This document shows, one piece after another, positions 13,291-25,434 of a stretch of 64,000 nucleotides of DNA. The notes beneath the pieces are model-generated. The model made no database searches, was not told the origin of the DNA, and saw only the letters and a list, made by a program, of their open reading frames with translations. The translations under genes were made by a program, and so were the position numbers. Where the stretch lies: the NCBI RefSeq assembly GCF_006345805.1, contig NC_042998.1, positions 7,440,001 through 7,504,000 of the forward strand. The letters run 5' to 3'. How positions within the stretch are numbered: the stretch's first letter is position 1; the number at the start of each line of letters is the position of its first letter. The stretch comes from Octopus sinensis (Eukaryota).

Positions 13291-13984
13291 GCTTCCTGTA
13301 AATATTTGAACTGTTTGAGTATATGTATATATATATATGACGTATATATGAATTTAAGAAATAATACTACAATGTGTTCTGTATGAAAAACAACCAATTA
13401 CATTAGAGATCAATGTAATTTATTGCATTAAACACCTAAATCTACAGGTATAGATGTATATCCATATACATCATAGCATCTACTGCAAATCTAGGCTACA
13501 ACAACACAAAACATAAAAATAACAAAACAAATGGTGGTTATCTGTTCTTTCAGCTGTTTCAATAATTCTTACAACACCATACTGTTATGTAAGATGAAAG
13601 GATCATATTTTCAGGATGGAGAAACATGAAAATGCATTACATCCACTCATATATACTGTATAATGAAAATGCATTAAAACATAAACAGTAAATAAAGAAA
13701 AGATTTCAGTAACTGGCAAGAAACTATTGAGTCCCTTATCTACTACATTACAAAGTATATACCAATAAGTGACAGGTAGGAAGTCTATTTGTCAACAAGC
13801 CAAGATAAATATATGTACCAACATAAGAGCATAACAATAAATAGGGTAATTACATTTATAGATGCACCCCAAAATACAGGTGTGATGATAACAAGTCCTA
13901 CATTTATGCATATTCCTATATATATTTATAAAAAAGAAGTTTGAAAACACCATTATTATAAGATAAATTTTAATTTTCTTAGAG

Positions 13985-14029
13985 ATTTTACATGTTTCGG
14001 TTCTTGAAAAAACGAACCTTATCAAAAAT
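13985..14029 (-). ncRNA. Minimal type I hammerhead motif, U3-A8 core variant
   Basis: Minus strand: AUUU-UUGAUAA-GGUUC(loop)GAACC-GAAA-CAUG-UA-AAAU, with palindromic stem III ACAUGU and a GUA triplet. Confidence 0.65.
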
Positions 14030-14298
14030 ATTTTAAAAATCTAAGTGTAATAAAAAAGTTCATAATTGTTTCTTACTAGTTTCAACAGAGTCCACGTGGT
14101 GGTGCTTTGTGGGGGCGAGCATAATGGCTGTCTTGTGCATTGACTAGATTCGTTGGCTGTAATCGTGTGTATATATATATATATATACACACACACAAAC
14201 ACAATATTTCGGTTAGGTATAGCAATACTAATAACCTGGTGTTAGAACTCAATATACATATAGTTTAGAATGAAGTGTTAGTCAAGTACAGAGCAGTA

Positions 14299-14387
14299 AT
14301 AAGAAATTAGAGCGACAAAGGAATAAGCAATTGTGTTATGAATGTCATAACATAATTGTTTATTCCTTTGTCATTCTAATTTCTTAT
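14299..14387. repeat. Fold-back palindrome (about 42-bp arms) next to (TA)n
   Basis: ataagaaattagagcgacaaaggaataagcaattgtgttatga / tcataacataattgtttattcctttgtcattctaatttcttat. Confidence 0.85.
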
Positions 14388-15240
14388 ATATATATATATG
14401 TATAAATGCATTTATATACACACCTATATGTGTGTGGGTGTGCATATAGTAAAAGTAGTAAGTGTATATATTTCTGTAGCAAAATGTTAACACAGTACAT
14501 CATATAGTTTAAGAATGTAACAATATTCAGGATCATACAACATTGTTATATTGTTTACATATAAAGCCACTTCTTCAGGTATTTCCTACATATCTTTTAA
14601 GTATATTTTTTAAGCATTAATACTAATTATTGTCTAATATGACCTCTATATTCTATGTGTGTGTGAGACTGTGTAGACATTCATGCATTTGTGCATGTGT
14701 GTATACATGCACAGTCTTCCATCACCCTAATACATGCACTATCTGCTAAATTAACATCCACAGATATTAATAAAATATTAACTTATAAAAAATACTGCCT
14801 CATCTTAACATTCAAACCATAGGTTAGATAATCTAATTTGATGCTTCTTCTGGTTAACATCTCTGAGGAAGTTATTAAAGAATGTGGCTATTATTTAGGA
14901 ATGTCAAGCCATTACTGAATCTTATCTATGTTAATCTATCATCCTCACTCATTTATTTTGAGTATAAGAAACTAAATTACAAAGACGGCAAGCTGGCAGA
15001 AACATTAGCACACCAAGCGAAATGCTTATCGGTATTTTGTAACCTGTATATATACACACATTTCCAGAAAACTCTAGTCATGCTGCAAAACCCCAAGAGG
15101 CAGTGTTTTTGGTGCAAAGGGACATAACTCTTGGCTAACCCTTGCTTGGTTCATGTTTTTTCCACAGCATTCACAAACCAGATGTGTCTTTTTGTCTCCA
15201 ACAAAAGAGAGCAGTCACCATACCTTCTTCTATAACTGTC

Positions 15241-15323
15241 ATCTCTGAAGAGTGCAGGGTTACATAATCAGGCTGTTATCTAAATTCCCATTGGACTTCC
15301 AGTGCGAAACTGATTGGTAAGAT
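15241..15323 (+). ncRNA. Type I hammerhead motif, CpG-decayed
   Basis: AUCU-CUGAAGA-GUGC..GUGC-GAAA-CUGAUUGG-UA-AGAU. Stems II and III are held by G-U pairs, consistent with ancestral GCGC/GCGC and ACCGAUCGGU. Confidence 0.65.
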
Positions 15324-15365
15324 CAGTCACAACGGATGTATAATCCTGTACACTTTGATTTATAT

Positions 15366-15830
15366 ATAAGTCATAAATGACAAAGAAATAGTTTGATGAA
15401 AATTTATTTAATAGGAAATTTCAAATATCACAAATTGTTTCATAAGAAACTTAAAAACAATGTAAATGATTTAAAGTATATTTACTAATAAATGAATTAC
15501 TTACATGTCTGCATCAACGTAAAAAGTCTTTCAAAATAATGCAAGATTTAAGATACATCCTCTGTAAAAGAAAGTCTTATAATGTTATGCTGAGAGTTTA
15601 GTATTTAACAAAGACTTTCTTTCATCTGAGGATGTAGCTTAAATTCTGCATTATTGTGAAAGACTTCTTGCATTTTGCAATGATGCAGGCTTGTAATTCA
15701 TTTATTTATTATTAAATATAATAATATAAATTATTTACATGCTTTTAAGTCACAAAACAATTTGTCATGATATTAGAATTTTCGTATTGTAAAATAAAAT
15801 TTCATCAATTTCTGACATTTATGACTTTAT
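15366..15830. repeat. Old fold-back palindrome (about 210-bp diverged arms)
   Basis: aagtcataaatg..gatgaaa..aagtctttca..tacatcctc..aaagaaagtctt mirrored by aagactttcttt..gaggatgta..tgaaagactt..tttcatc..catttatgactt. Confidence 0.7.
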
Positions 15831-15925
15831 ACACTCCTTATAATTTTCTCTTGTATCATACTATATATTCTATATGTTTTGTAGAATGATGCATTAAGGA
15901 GCTTTTTTTATGAGTACTAGCAGAA

Positions 15926-15969
<44 letters not shown>

Positions 15970-16006
15970 TTTTTATGAGCAAGTATAACAGCCTAATTTT
16001 GTAACC

Positions 16007-16057
<51 letters not shown>

Positions 16058-16094
16058 AAGAACTAAGTGTACGTATGCCTCTATATATATATAT

Positions 16095-16249
16095 AAAAAT
16101 ACAAAATGGGACAGGAGCAATCTCAAGATTAATCAGTCGAAATTGCAAGGACGATCCAGTTCTTGACTGAAGATTAAAGGCTTCAAATGACCCGTCTGTG
16201 TTTTTTGTATCATCTTCTGGATGTTTTGCGTCCTTGTCCCATTTTGTTT

Positions 16250-16252
<3 letters not shown>
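16095..16252. repeat. Short inverted-terminus element between (TA)n tracts
   Basis: acaaaatgggacaggagcaa / ttgcgtccttgtcccattttgt. Confidence 0.6.
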
Positions 16253-16313
<61 letters not shown>

Positions 16314-16759
16314 TACATACACACACACACGTTTTCAGTATGTATGTCTGTGAATGGAATTACCTACTTGGTATTCACATGCACTTGTGTCTGTTTATCT
16401 TGGTTTGTTAGAGCATAGACCTCCTGTCTGTCAAATCACCATTATTTGAATTTATGACTGTTTCTCCGAAGAATGTTTCTACCTCATTGAATTGTTTGTC
16501 ATCCAACCTTCTAACTGAATACATAATGCACAAAATAGCTTCTTGCCAATTCTCTTAAACTGTGTATTTAATATTTATGCATCATTTTTCTATCCTCAAG
16601 AAGAGCGGACTTATACTATATTCCTCATAATTCTCTATGGACACCATTCTCTAAAGATGTGATTCTTACATGTTATATAATAATATAATAATCTAAGGAT
16701 TATTGAACAGCTGTAGGAAGGGACAGAGATGTCAGCAATATTTTTTCTATTATTCTTTC

Positions 16760-17190
16760 AAATATATATGCACCTGTGTGTACACACACATATATTTACA
16801 AATGTATATACTCACAAATTTATATATATGTATGCACTCACCTTTCTTCATATATGTTTATATTCACACACAAATTTATATATGTATATATACACGCACA
16901 CACAAGTTCATGTATATGTATGCACACAAATTCCTGTATATATATGCACACAAATTCATGTGTGTGTGTATATATATATATACACACAAATTCATGTGTG
17001 TGTGTATATATATATACACACAAATTCATGTGTATATATATATATACACACAAATTCATATGTATATATATATACACACAAATTCATATGTATATATATA
17101 TATACACACAAATTCATATGTATATATATATATATACACACACAAATTTATGTGTGTCTATATGTATGCACTCACACAAACTTGTATGTG
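16760..17190. repeat. Minisatellite built on (TA)n-CACACAAATTCAT-(GT)n units
   Basis: About a dozen recurrences of cacaaattca/tta separated by variable dinucleotide runs. Confidence 0.85.
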
Positions 17191-17329
17191 TGTAAGTATA
17201 ATTTTTCCTTACAGCTCATCAACTGTGTGATGTGTAAGACTTGCCAACATCTTGAGAAAGCTGCAGTCAATGAAAAGAAGCCTTAAAATGACTGAATGAA
17301 GAAAAAAGCCATTTGCTAGTTTTTGCCAA

Positions 17330-17900
17330 TGAGGGCATGCAACTCATTGCATCCTACATTGCTGACAAAGATATTTTCACATGAAATAAGTCAACCCATA
17401 GTGCTGTTAACAAGCTTTCAAACATCTGTCAGCCAAATATATCAAGAGGATTCTCCTTAGTGGAAACCAGAGCTGGTCTATGAAAAAGGAGCTTCAAAAT
17501 TACCTTGATGGTACATGTACATTGTTTTTCATGAAGGCTCGAATCAGCTCATTGCAGGTGTGCAAAAACCAAAGAGGAGATTCATACTTGTACTTGTGAC
17601 GGCATTCACCCAAGGTAGGTTGAGCCAGCTTCTTCTTTGGTCCTGACGGCATCACGAACCATGGTGGCCCAACGCTTGATGGTCCTGTGCGAGGTCACTG
17701 GAGATAGCGAGCCATTCGAGGTTCCAACCAAGAGGAGATTCATGGATGCATTCCACCCAATTCTACTATTTTTGATCAACACAGAGTCAGTTATGCTTGG
17801 CATTGCTATTGAGCTAAACAACAGGTTCTAACAGATGCATTTTCAAGACTTTTGCACCCTAACAGAGGACAAGACCACAGAACTACATTGATGTTATTGG
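17330..17900 (+). pseudogene. Highly decayed RTE-type RT fragment
   Basis: GDSEPFEV..FHPILLFLI resembles the RTE region S.PF.V..GV.QGC.L.P.LF; multiple stops and frameshifts. Confidence 0.4.
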
Positions 17901-19118
17901 ACAGAGACACTAAAGGAAGCTGAGGATAAGCTAAAAGCTAATAGAAGGCAGAGATATGCAGTGCAGTATTAGGAAATGCATCTCAGTTGTGGCTACTCGA
18001 AGAAAATATGAAACAGGTTTCTTTCAGTTTCCATCTATCAAATCCACTCACATGGATTTGTTTAACCTGAGGCTATAAAGGACACTTGCCCTAGGTTCTG
18101 TGTAAAAGGACTGAACATGAGACCAAGTGGATTGGAAGCAAACTTCTTAACTATGAAAATAGAAGGAAATGAATTTCCTATACAGAAAAAAAAGTTAGCA
18201 CTCACTAAATAGAGCGAAAAGAATATAAAGTGAAATAGGTTTTAATGGAAAAGCAATTTTCAAGATATTGACAACCAAAACATTATAGTTTTTGAAAGAT
18301 ACAACCCCTCACATGAAATAAATAATATATGGATGGTAAAAATATATATAAAATATAAAAATATATAAATATGTAAAAATATATAAATATGTAAAAATAT
18401 ATAAATATAGATATATAAAAGTATATAAATGTAAAACTTAAAGCATATATTCATATGAGATCGTATATATGAGAGAGAGATAGATAGACAGACAGACAAA
18501 TGTGTATAACACGTGTTATACATATAATATATATATTACATATAGGCACACACACTTTTCTCCAATGACATCACAAATTTTTCAGGTGTGTCTGTGAATG
18601 TGTTTATTTATATATACATACATACATACATACATACACAAACATGCAAAAATCCAGACATTGTTGTGGATAAGAAAAAACATATACAATAAGATAACAG
18701 CACTCTCACTCTTACAGACTGAAAAGAAAGAGGCATGGAAGTGCTGTGATGAGATGCTATTGAATAAGAGAATACATTGAATGAAAAACGAGGGTCTTCC
18801 TGAAGCAGACCTAAGAGACTAGACAACCAACTTCACAACAGTATGGAGGATTAAGTGATTAAGGATAACTTTACGGAAAGACACTTGGTTTATCAAATCA
18901 CTGCAGAGATGTATAAGGCATCTTGTATAAGGCACGAGCTGATCACTCACAGAGTATATCAAGTAGTACAGGAGGGTGTCATGTTCAATAGCTGGCAAAG
19001 CAGTATCACCATTGTAACAGGATGAGAGGTCCCTGCACTGGATGGGTGCTGCTCGCATCCTTTACATTAAATATTAATTGAAGAAAGAGTCAAGATTTTC
19101 TGTTGACTTCAACAGTAT

Positions 19119-19518
19119 AGGTGCAGGAGTGGCTGTGTGGTAAGTAGCTTGCTTACCAACCACATGGTTTCGGGTTCAGTCCCACTGCGTGGCATCTTGG
19201 GCAAGTGTCTTCTGCTATAGCCCCGGGCCAACCAATGCCTTGTGAGTGGATTTGGTAGACGGAAACTGAAAGAAGCCTGTCGTATATATGTATCTGTGTG
19301 TATGTGTTTGTGTGTCTGTGTTTGTCCCTCTAGCATTGCTTGACAACCGACGCTGGTGTGTTTACGTCCCCGTTGCCTAGCGGTTCGGCAAAAGAGACCG
19401 ATAGAATAAGTACTGGGCTTACAAAGAATAAGTCCTGGGGTCGATTTGCTCGACTAAAGGCGGTGCTCCAGCATGGCCGCAGTCAAATGACTGAAACAAG
19501 TAAAAGAGTAATGAGAGT
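19119..19518 (+). mobile_element. SINE family A, full length
   Basis: Head ggtgcaggagtggctgtgtggtaag, box-B-like ggttcagtccc, tail caagtaaaagagtaatgagag; possible AGTATA TSD. Confidence 0.9.
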
Positions 19519-19849
19519 ATAAATATTTATTCCTTGATTTGCAATATAAACATTTCCATCCTCTGGGCGAATTGGCAACCTAGGAGCTTATCGGCAGTAG
19601 TCAAGTGGAGTGAGTCAATCCTGCCCGTTCAAGCATAGCGGAGATGCACCACGAGGTAGCAGCTTGAGAGAGCTGCTGGAGACACATCTGTATCGTTTAG
19701 TTGCTAGCGTCCAAGAGAGAGAGATACAAGAGAATTCCGCTGCTGCTAGTTTTCTGCACATGAGGGAATTTCCAGGAGGCCTTCCGGAAGATCCCAACCC
19801 TGCGCATGCATGCTAGAGATTTCCAAGATAGCATCTCTACACTATCAAC

Positions 19850-21600
19850 TGCTGCAAAGGCGAAGCATCAGAGTGGAATTTAACTGTTTGACCAGATTAT
19901 GAAGGTGGAGATAATCTTTCTCCCTAATCATTCATGCTAACATGATACACAGTCTGATTTTGTGCCAACAAGTACTACAAATGCCATCTTCCTAGTAAGA
20001 CAAGTGCAGGAGAAGTTTCCATGTAGGAATAATCCTCTATACATGGCTTCTGTTGACCTAGAGAAGACCATGATAAGGTTCCCTGTTCTGAGATCTGGGG
20101 GATCACTGAGAAAGCATCGAGTTGATGAATAGCTTGTGAGAACAGTGCAAGCCATGTACAGAGGTGCAGTCAGTAAGGGCAGGGTTAATGATAAGTATAG
20201 CAATGAATTCAGTATAAGGACAAGGTACACCATGTCACAATCCTCAGTGGCTTTCTGTTCACAGCAGTGAAGGTTAAGCCTAGTTACCCATGGGAGATTC
20301 TTTATGCCTATGACCCTGTAGTAATGCCAATGAATCTGTAGTAAAATTAGAAAAGAATTTCCAGATATGGCATAGGAGTGGCTGTGTGGTAAGTAGCTTG
20401 CTAACCAACCACATGATTCCAGGTTCAGTTCCACTGCATGGCACTTTAGGCAAGTGTCTTCTACTATAGCCTCGAGTAGACCAAAGCCTTGTGAGTGGAT
20501 TGGTAGACGGAAACTAAAAGAAGCCCATCGTATATATGTATATATATGTGTGTGTGTGTGTATGTTTGTGTGTCTGTGTTTGTACCCCCAACATCTCTTG
20601 AGAACCAATGCTGGTGTGATTACGTCACTGTAACTTAGCAGTTCAGCAAAAGAGACCAATAGAATAAGTACTAAGCTTACAAAGAATAAGTCCTGGAGTC
20701 GATTTGCTCGACTAAAGGCAGTGCTCCAGCATGGCCACAGTCAAATGACTGAAACAAATAAAAGAGTAAAGAGTATATGGAGGGAAAAAGCTGGAATCAT
20801 AGATCTTCAAAGTGAATTTAGCAAAGACTGATGTATAAGTAGAAAAGAAGATAACAACCTCTTCTATCAGGGAAATTACCTTGCTCAGTATAGAGAAAAG
20901 AAGTAGATGCACTCAGTGTAAACTGTAGATGCACAAGTGGTGTTAAGAGATCACAGGCAGGATAACAAAGGTGAACTTTGCATGTGACAGGTGCACAGAG
21001 GCAGTAACTACTAAGAGTACTTGTGATGCAGACTCCATCCAATGCCTAGGTGGTTCTTTAGAAGAAATTGACAGCAGAGTAGACCTAATTTTTTTAGTAA
21101 GATGGGTATTCTGAGGATGCAGTGACCAAAGTAAGAACTGGACGGAGAAGGTTTAAGGAGCCATTACTTCAGCTGACAATGAAGGATTTACTCTCTGAAA
21201 GTGAAGTTCAAATTGTACAATACTTGTGTGAAGTGTGATGCTACATGGTAGAGAGATGTGGGCCTTGAAAACAGGCAATCTCAAAAGGTTACAAAGAAAG
21301 GGAATGAGTATGCTCCACTGAATGCATAACACCTATATGCATGAATACACCCATATGCACAAATGAGCTGAGAGAAAAACTAAACATAACAGGAACCAGG
21401 TTTAGTGTACAAGAAAGAAGACTGCATTAGTATGAGCATGTGATGGACTGCATGTTATGCACTCAAAATGAAAGGAACCCGAGAAAGAGGGAGATTGAGG
21501 AAAACTGGGATCAAAGTGGTGAAGTCAGATCTGAAACTGTTACACCTCACAAAGATGACATATGATCATGTTGATGGGGGGTATACTGTCTGCGAGAAGA
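19850..21600 (+). pseudogene. Degenerate RTE LINE, interrupted by a SINE
   Basis: Remnants FLVRQVQEKF..LYMASVDLEK and, further 3', GTRERGRLRKT..VVKSDL; many stops. Confidence 0.65.
20369..20773 (+). mobile_element. SINE family A inserted in the RTE relic
   Basis: Full-length but CpG-decayed copy; atatgg occurs at both junctions (possible TSD). Confidence 0.85.
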
Positions 21601-21647
21601 TGCTTGCCTGCTCAGACATGGCAAAACAGGTGTTAAAATTTATCTGT

Positions 21648-21684
<37 letters not shown>

Positions 21685-21779
21685 CAAAACACATTCCGTC
21701 CAATGGACAGTGCTGAGTTGTCAAACATTTAAACCAAATTTTTTCAAAACAACTCATCGGACCGTCCCATAGGCCTCCC

Positions 21780-22044
21780 CTTTGAGAAACACCGATTTAA
21801 CCTAGATTTGAGACAGCAGCAAAAACAGAAATAACAATAGACTTTTTTTCTATTCCAAAGAAAAACGATTTCCCACGACTTTTGTAATTTTTTTCCCCAC
21901 GATTTTTGTAATTTTTTCAAGACTTATACATGCCTTGATACCATCGGTATCTACATATCAAATTTGAACGCAATTGGATGGAGGATGCCCGAGATCCTAG
22001 AAGACACATACACAGACAGACAGAACAGATTTTAAATAATAGAT
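21780..22044 (-). mobile_element. Helitron/HINE-like 5' fragment
   Basis: Minus strand starts TCTATTATTT.., then (gtct)n and ..atccaattgcgttcaaatttg, similar in layout to 33409-33781; no CTAG end seen. Confidence 0.4.
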
Positions 22045-22115
22045 TATATATATATATATATACATAAGTGGACAAACAAAAGAAATGCACTCAACCAATA
22101 TATTGGGAATTACAT

Positions 22116-22283
22116 GTATGGATCAAAACAGTTTGATTCAAATTCGTTGGTACTCGAGTTTCAAGTATGATGCTTACTGTAAGCCATTTTGAATTTTAAA
22201 ATTAAAATTCAGAATGGCTGACAATTAGTATTGCGCTTGAAACTCATGAGTACCAATGAATTTGAATCAAACTGTTTTGATCC

Positions 22284-22287
<4 letters not shown>
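22116..22287. repeat. Fold-back palindrome with hammerhead-like relics
   Basis: tatggatcaaaacagtttgattcaaattc mirrored. Arms read TGG-CTGACAA..GAAA-CTCATGAG-TA-CCA (+) and TGG-CTTACAG..GAAA-CTCGAG-TA-CCA (-). Confidence 0.75.
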
Positions 22288-22339
<52 letters not shown>

Positions 22340-22383
22340 AAACAAGTCAAAAATAGAAAATGCTAAAATAATTTTATAGTGAA

Positions 22384-22431
22384 CATTTCAGTACCGGTTT
22401 CGGTCATTTTGAGACCTTTTCAACTGTAACG
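22384..22431 (-). ncRNA. Hammerhead motif (U3-A8 variant) in the inverted pLTR arm
   Basis: Reverse complement of 25215-25262. Confidence 0.7.
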
Positions 22432-22803
22432 ATTAAATAATTAAATTTAGAAAAATTAGAAGAAAAGTTTTTTTAAAAGAATATTTCTATAGTAGTGTTC
22501 AGATTTAAGTGGCATTCTGCCTTTCTCTGACTCCCTTGTTTGCACTTGTGTGTCGGAGGTCGTTGTGAGTTCTTGGAAGGGTAGTAGAGGAAGAAGGCTG
22601 GTGGGGAAAGGGGGATGGGAGAATCTGGGAGTGCCCTGATGGTCGTATTTTGAATGGTCAGTGGCGGCTGGCAGTCTCAGTTCAATTCAGGAGAATATTT
22701 ATATTGACAGGCTTGTTTATAGAATTAGCGTAGGTGTTATACTAAAAAACATTAGTGACAAAGTTAAGGGGTGGGGGTGGAGAAGTAGAAGAAGAAGGAG
22801 AAG

Positions 22804-24530
22804 CAGGGCTCACCGACAAAGAATATGATTATATGACCAATTTCACAAGTAAAACTAGCCAATTCTACGGTATACCTAAGATCCACAAAAGTGAAAAAAT
22901 AAGCAACGCATGCAAGATAGCTACAGACAAAATAATTAAAGTCCCTAATCCTAATGACCTCAAATTGAGACCCATAATAGCAGGTCCCGCATGCGAAACC
23001 CACCGCCTCAGTAACTTTTTAGACACCCTGTTAAAACCACTCCTCAAACATGTCAAAAGCTATATAAGGGACGACTTAGATATGCTCAATCACCTACCGA
23101 ATACTATAAACAAAAACACCATACTGGTATCCTTCGATGTAGTCAACCTCTACTCCAATATCCCCCACAACCTAGGACTAGAGGCAATCCAATTCTGGCT
23201 AGAGAATCACGCCAACGAACTACCACACCGCATCAAAAAAGAATTTGTGATAGAAGGGGTCAAATTCATCCTGGAAAATAACTTCTTCGCCTTCAATGAC
23301 AACTTCTACCGACAAAAATCGGGGACTGCGATGGGTACACGAATGGCCCCCTCCTTTGCCAACCTAGTCATAGGATACCTAGAGATCAGTCTGTATCGTA
23401 AGGTTCTAGAAAGATATGGCAGCCCTTTCTCCATCTACATAGAAAACAACTGGAAGAGATATCTAGATGACTGTTTCATCCTTTGGCATAAAAATATAGA
23501 AAAACTCATAGAATTCCAGAAAATTTTAAACGGACTGGACGTAAACATCCAATTCACGATGGAATATAACCAACAACAACTCCCCTTCCTCGATATCCTC
23601 ATTAAGAAAGCTAATAATATAATAGAAACAGACATATACTATAAGCCTACAGACTCTAAGCAATATCTTCCATTCAATTCATGCCACCCCAGACACACCA
23701 GGATGAATATCCCCTTCAATCTAGCAAAAAGGATATGCACTATAGTCTCTAACGCAAACACCAGAGACACACGACTACAAGAACTAAAAGATACCCTAAT
23801 CACCAGGAACTATCCACCTTCACTTATTGACAAGTGCATTCAACGTGCCCTTCAACTTAACATCAAGGAACTGAGACATCCCAAATCAAAGAAAAACTTA
23901 CAACCAAAAGCCTTACCATACATCTCCACACACAACCCTCTCAATAACGAAGCCTTCGACACCATCCTCCACAACATACCCCTCCTAAAAAAAGACCACA
24001 GAATGAACACAATCCTCCAAACACACACGATCATAAAAAGCAAAAGACAGCCTAGATCCATGAAAAGTCTCCTTACACAAGCCCGAATTCACTCCTCAAC
24101 ACAGAAGCCGACAGTAAAAAAATGTGGAAGACCCAATTGCGGGATATGCGACTATCTAATTGAGGGATCAGAGTTCTCCTTCAAGCAGGGACAACGGTTT
24201 ACAGTGAAAAGCAACTTCACATGTGCTTCGGAGAACCTAATATACTCACTAACCTGCTCCGGGTGTCAAGAGCAGTACATAGGCCAAACAAAAACTGGTT
24301 TGCGTAAACGAATGGCCCTGCACAGATCCCAGATAAAAATTCCCCAAAACAGAAAAATAGCTTTTAGCCAACACATAGATACTTGCGCCAACAAAAAAAC
24401 ACCAAACTTCAGAATTTTCCCCCTCTACCAATTTAGGGACGATACAACCTCAAGACAACGAATAAGTAAAGAAAATCTCTTTATTACAAAATACAAGCCA
24501 CTTCTAAACGGGTCTACGACAAGCAATTAA
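22804..24530 (+). CDS. Penelope-type reverse transcriptase + GIY-YIG endonuclease (N-terminally truncated, uninterrupted frame)
   Basis: Motifs FYGIPKIHK, LRPII, SFDVVNLYSNIP, GTAMGTRMAP, RYLDD, LPFLD, YYKPT, Cys linker CGRPNCGIC, NLIYSLTC..C..QYIGQT. The first about 16 codons of the listed ORF come from the inverted arm. Confidence 0.93.
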
Positions 24531-24654
24531 TATACCTCAACTTTAGAATAAAAGAAAAATATATATACACACACAAATATTACACTCCATAGAATCCATT
24601 ACTAATCAGCCCCTTCATAGCTATACTTACACCCATTCATATTCCCCCTTCTCT

Positions 24655-24870
24655 GTTTCTTTCTTCTTCTTCTTCTTCCTCTTCTTCATCATCATCATTA
24701 TCATCATCATCGTCGTCATCATCATCACCACCATCATCACCACCATCTTCTCCTTCTCCTCCTCCTTCTTCTTCTTCATCATCATCATTATCATCATCAT
24801 CGTCGTCATAATCATCACCACCACCACCATCATCGTCATCTTCTCCTTCTCCTTCTTCTACTTCTCCACC
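24655..24870. repeat. (CTT)/(CAT)/(CAC) trinucleotide tract in the Penelope 3' UTR
   Basis: Directly visible; produces the D/E-rich and M-rich minus-strand ORFs. Confidence 0.85.
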
Positions 24871-25214
24871 CCCACCCCTTAACTTTGTCACTAATGTTTT
24901 TTAGTATAACACCTACGCTAATTCTATAAACAAGCCTGTCAATATAAATATTCTCCTGAATTGAACTGAGACTGCCAGCCGCCACTGACCATTCAAAATA
25001 CGACCATCAGGGCACTCCCAGATTCTCCCATCCCCCTTTCCCCACCAGCCTTCTTCCTCTACTACCCTTCCAAGAACTCACAACGACCTCCGACACACAA
25101 GTGCAAACAAGGGAGTCAGAGAAAGGCAGAATGCCACTTAAATCTGAACACTACTATAGAAATATTCTTTTAAAAAAACTTTTCTTCTAATTTTTCTGAA
25201 TTTAATTATTTAAT

Positions 25215-25262
25215 CGTTACAGTTGAAAAGGTCTCAAAATGACCGAAACCGGTACTGAAATG
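25215..25262 (+). ncRNA. Minimal type I hammerhead motif (U3-A8 variant) in the Penelope 3' pLTR
   Basis: CAG-UUGAAAA-GGUC(ucaaaau)GACC-GAAA-CCGG-UA-CUG, with palindromic stem III ACCGGU as described for Penelope-associated minimal hammerheads. Confidence 0.72.
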
Positions 25263-25434
25263 TTCACTATAAAATTATTTTAGCATTTTCTATTTTTGAC
25301 TTGTTTTTTCATATATATCAACTCGTGTGTTCCTTTTCACCCTTATACATATATATATATATATATACATACATACATACACACGATGATTGCTTCATCT
25401 AGATAGATGATAGCCATCCTATCAACACACACCA

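Larger units (their letters stand above)
22336..25350 (+). mobile_element. Penelope-like retroelement (probably Neptune-type), 5'-truncated with an inverted pLTR
   Basis: RT+GIY-YIG ORF flanked by about 465-bp inverted repeats (22336-22803 vs about 24846-25310), a short 3' extension and (TA)n on both sides. Confidence 0.92.

Noticed and set aside
19937-20659. 240-aa minus-strand ORF
   Set aside because: Chance antisense read-through of a SINE plus an RTE relic.
24627-24891. Acidic D/E-rich and M/K-rich minus-strand ORFs
   Set aside because: Trinucleotide tract in the Penelope 3' UTR with a GTG start; no coding evidence.
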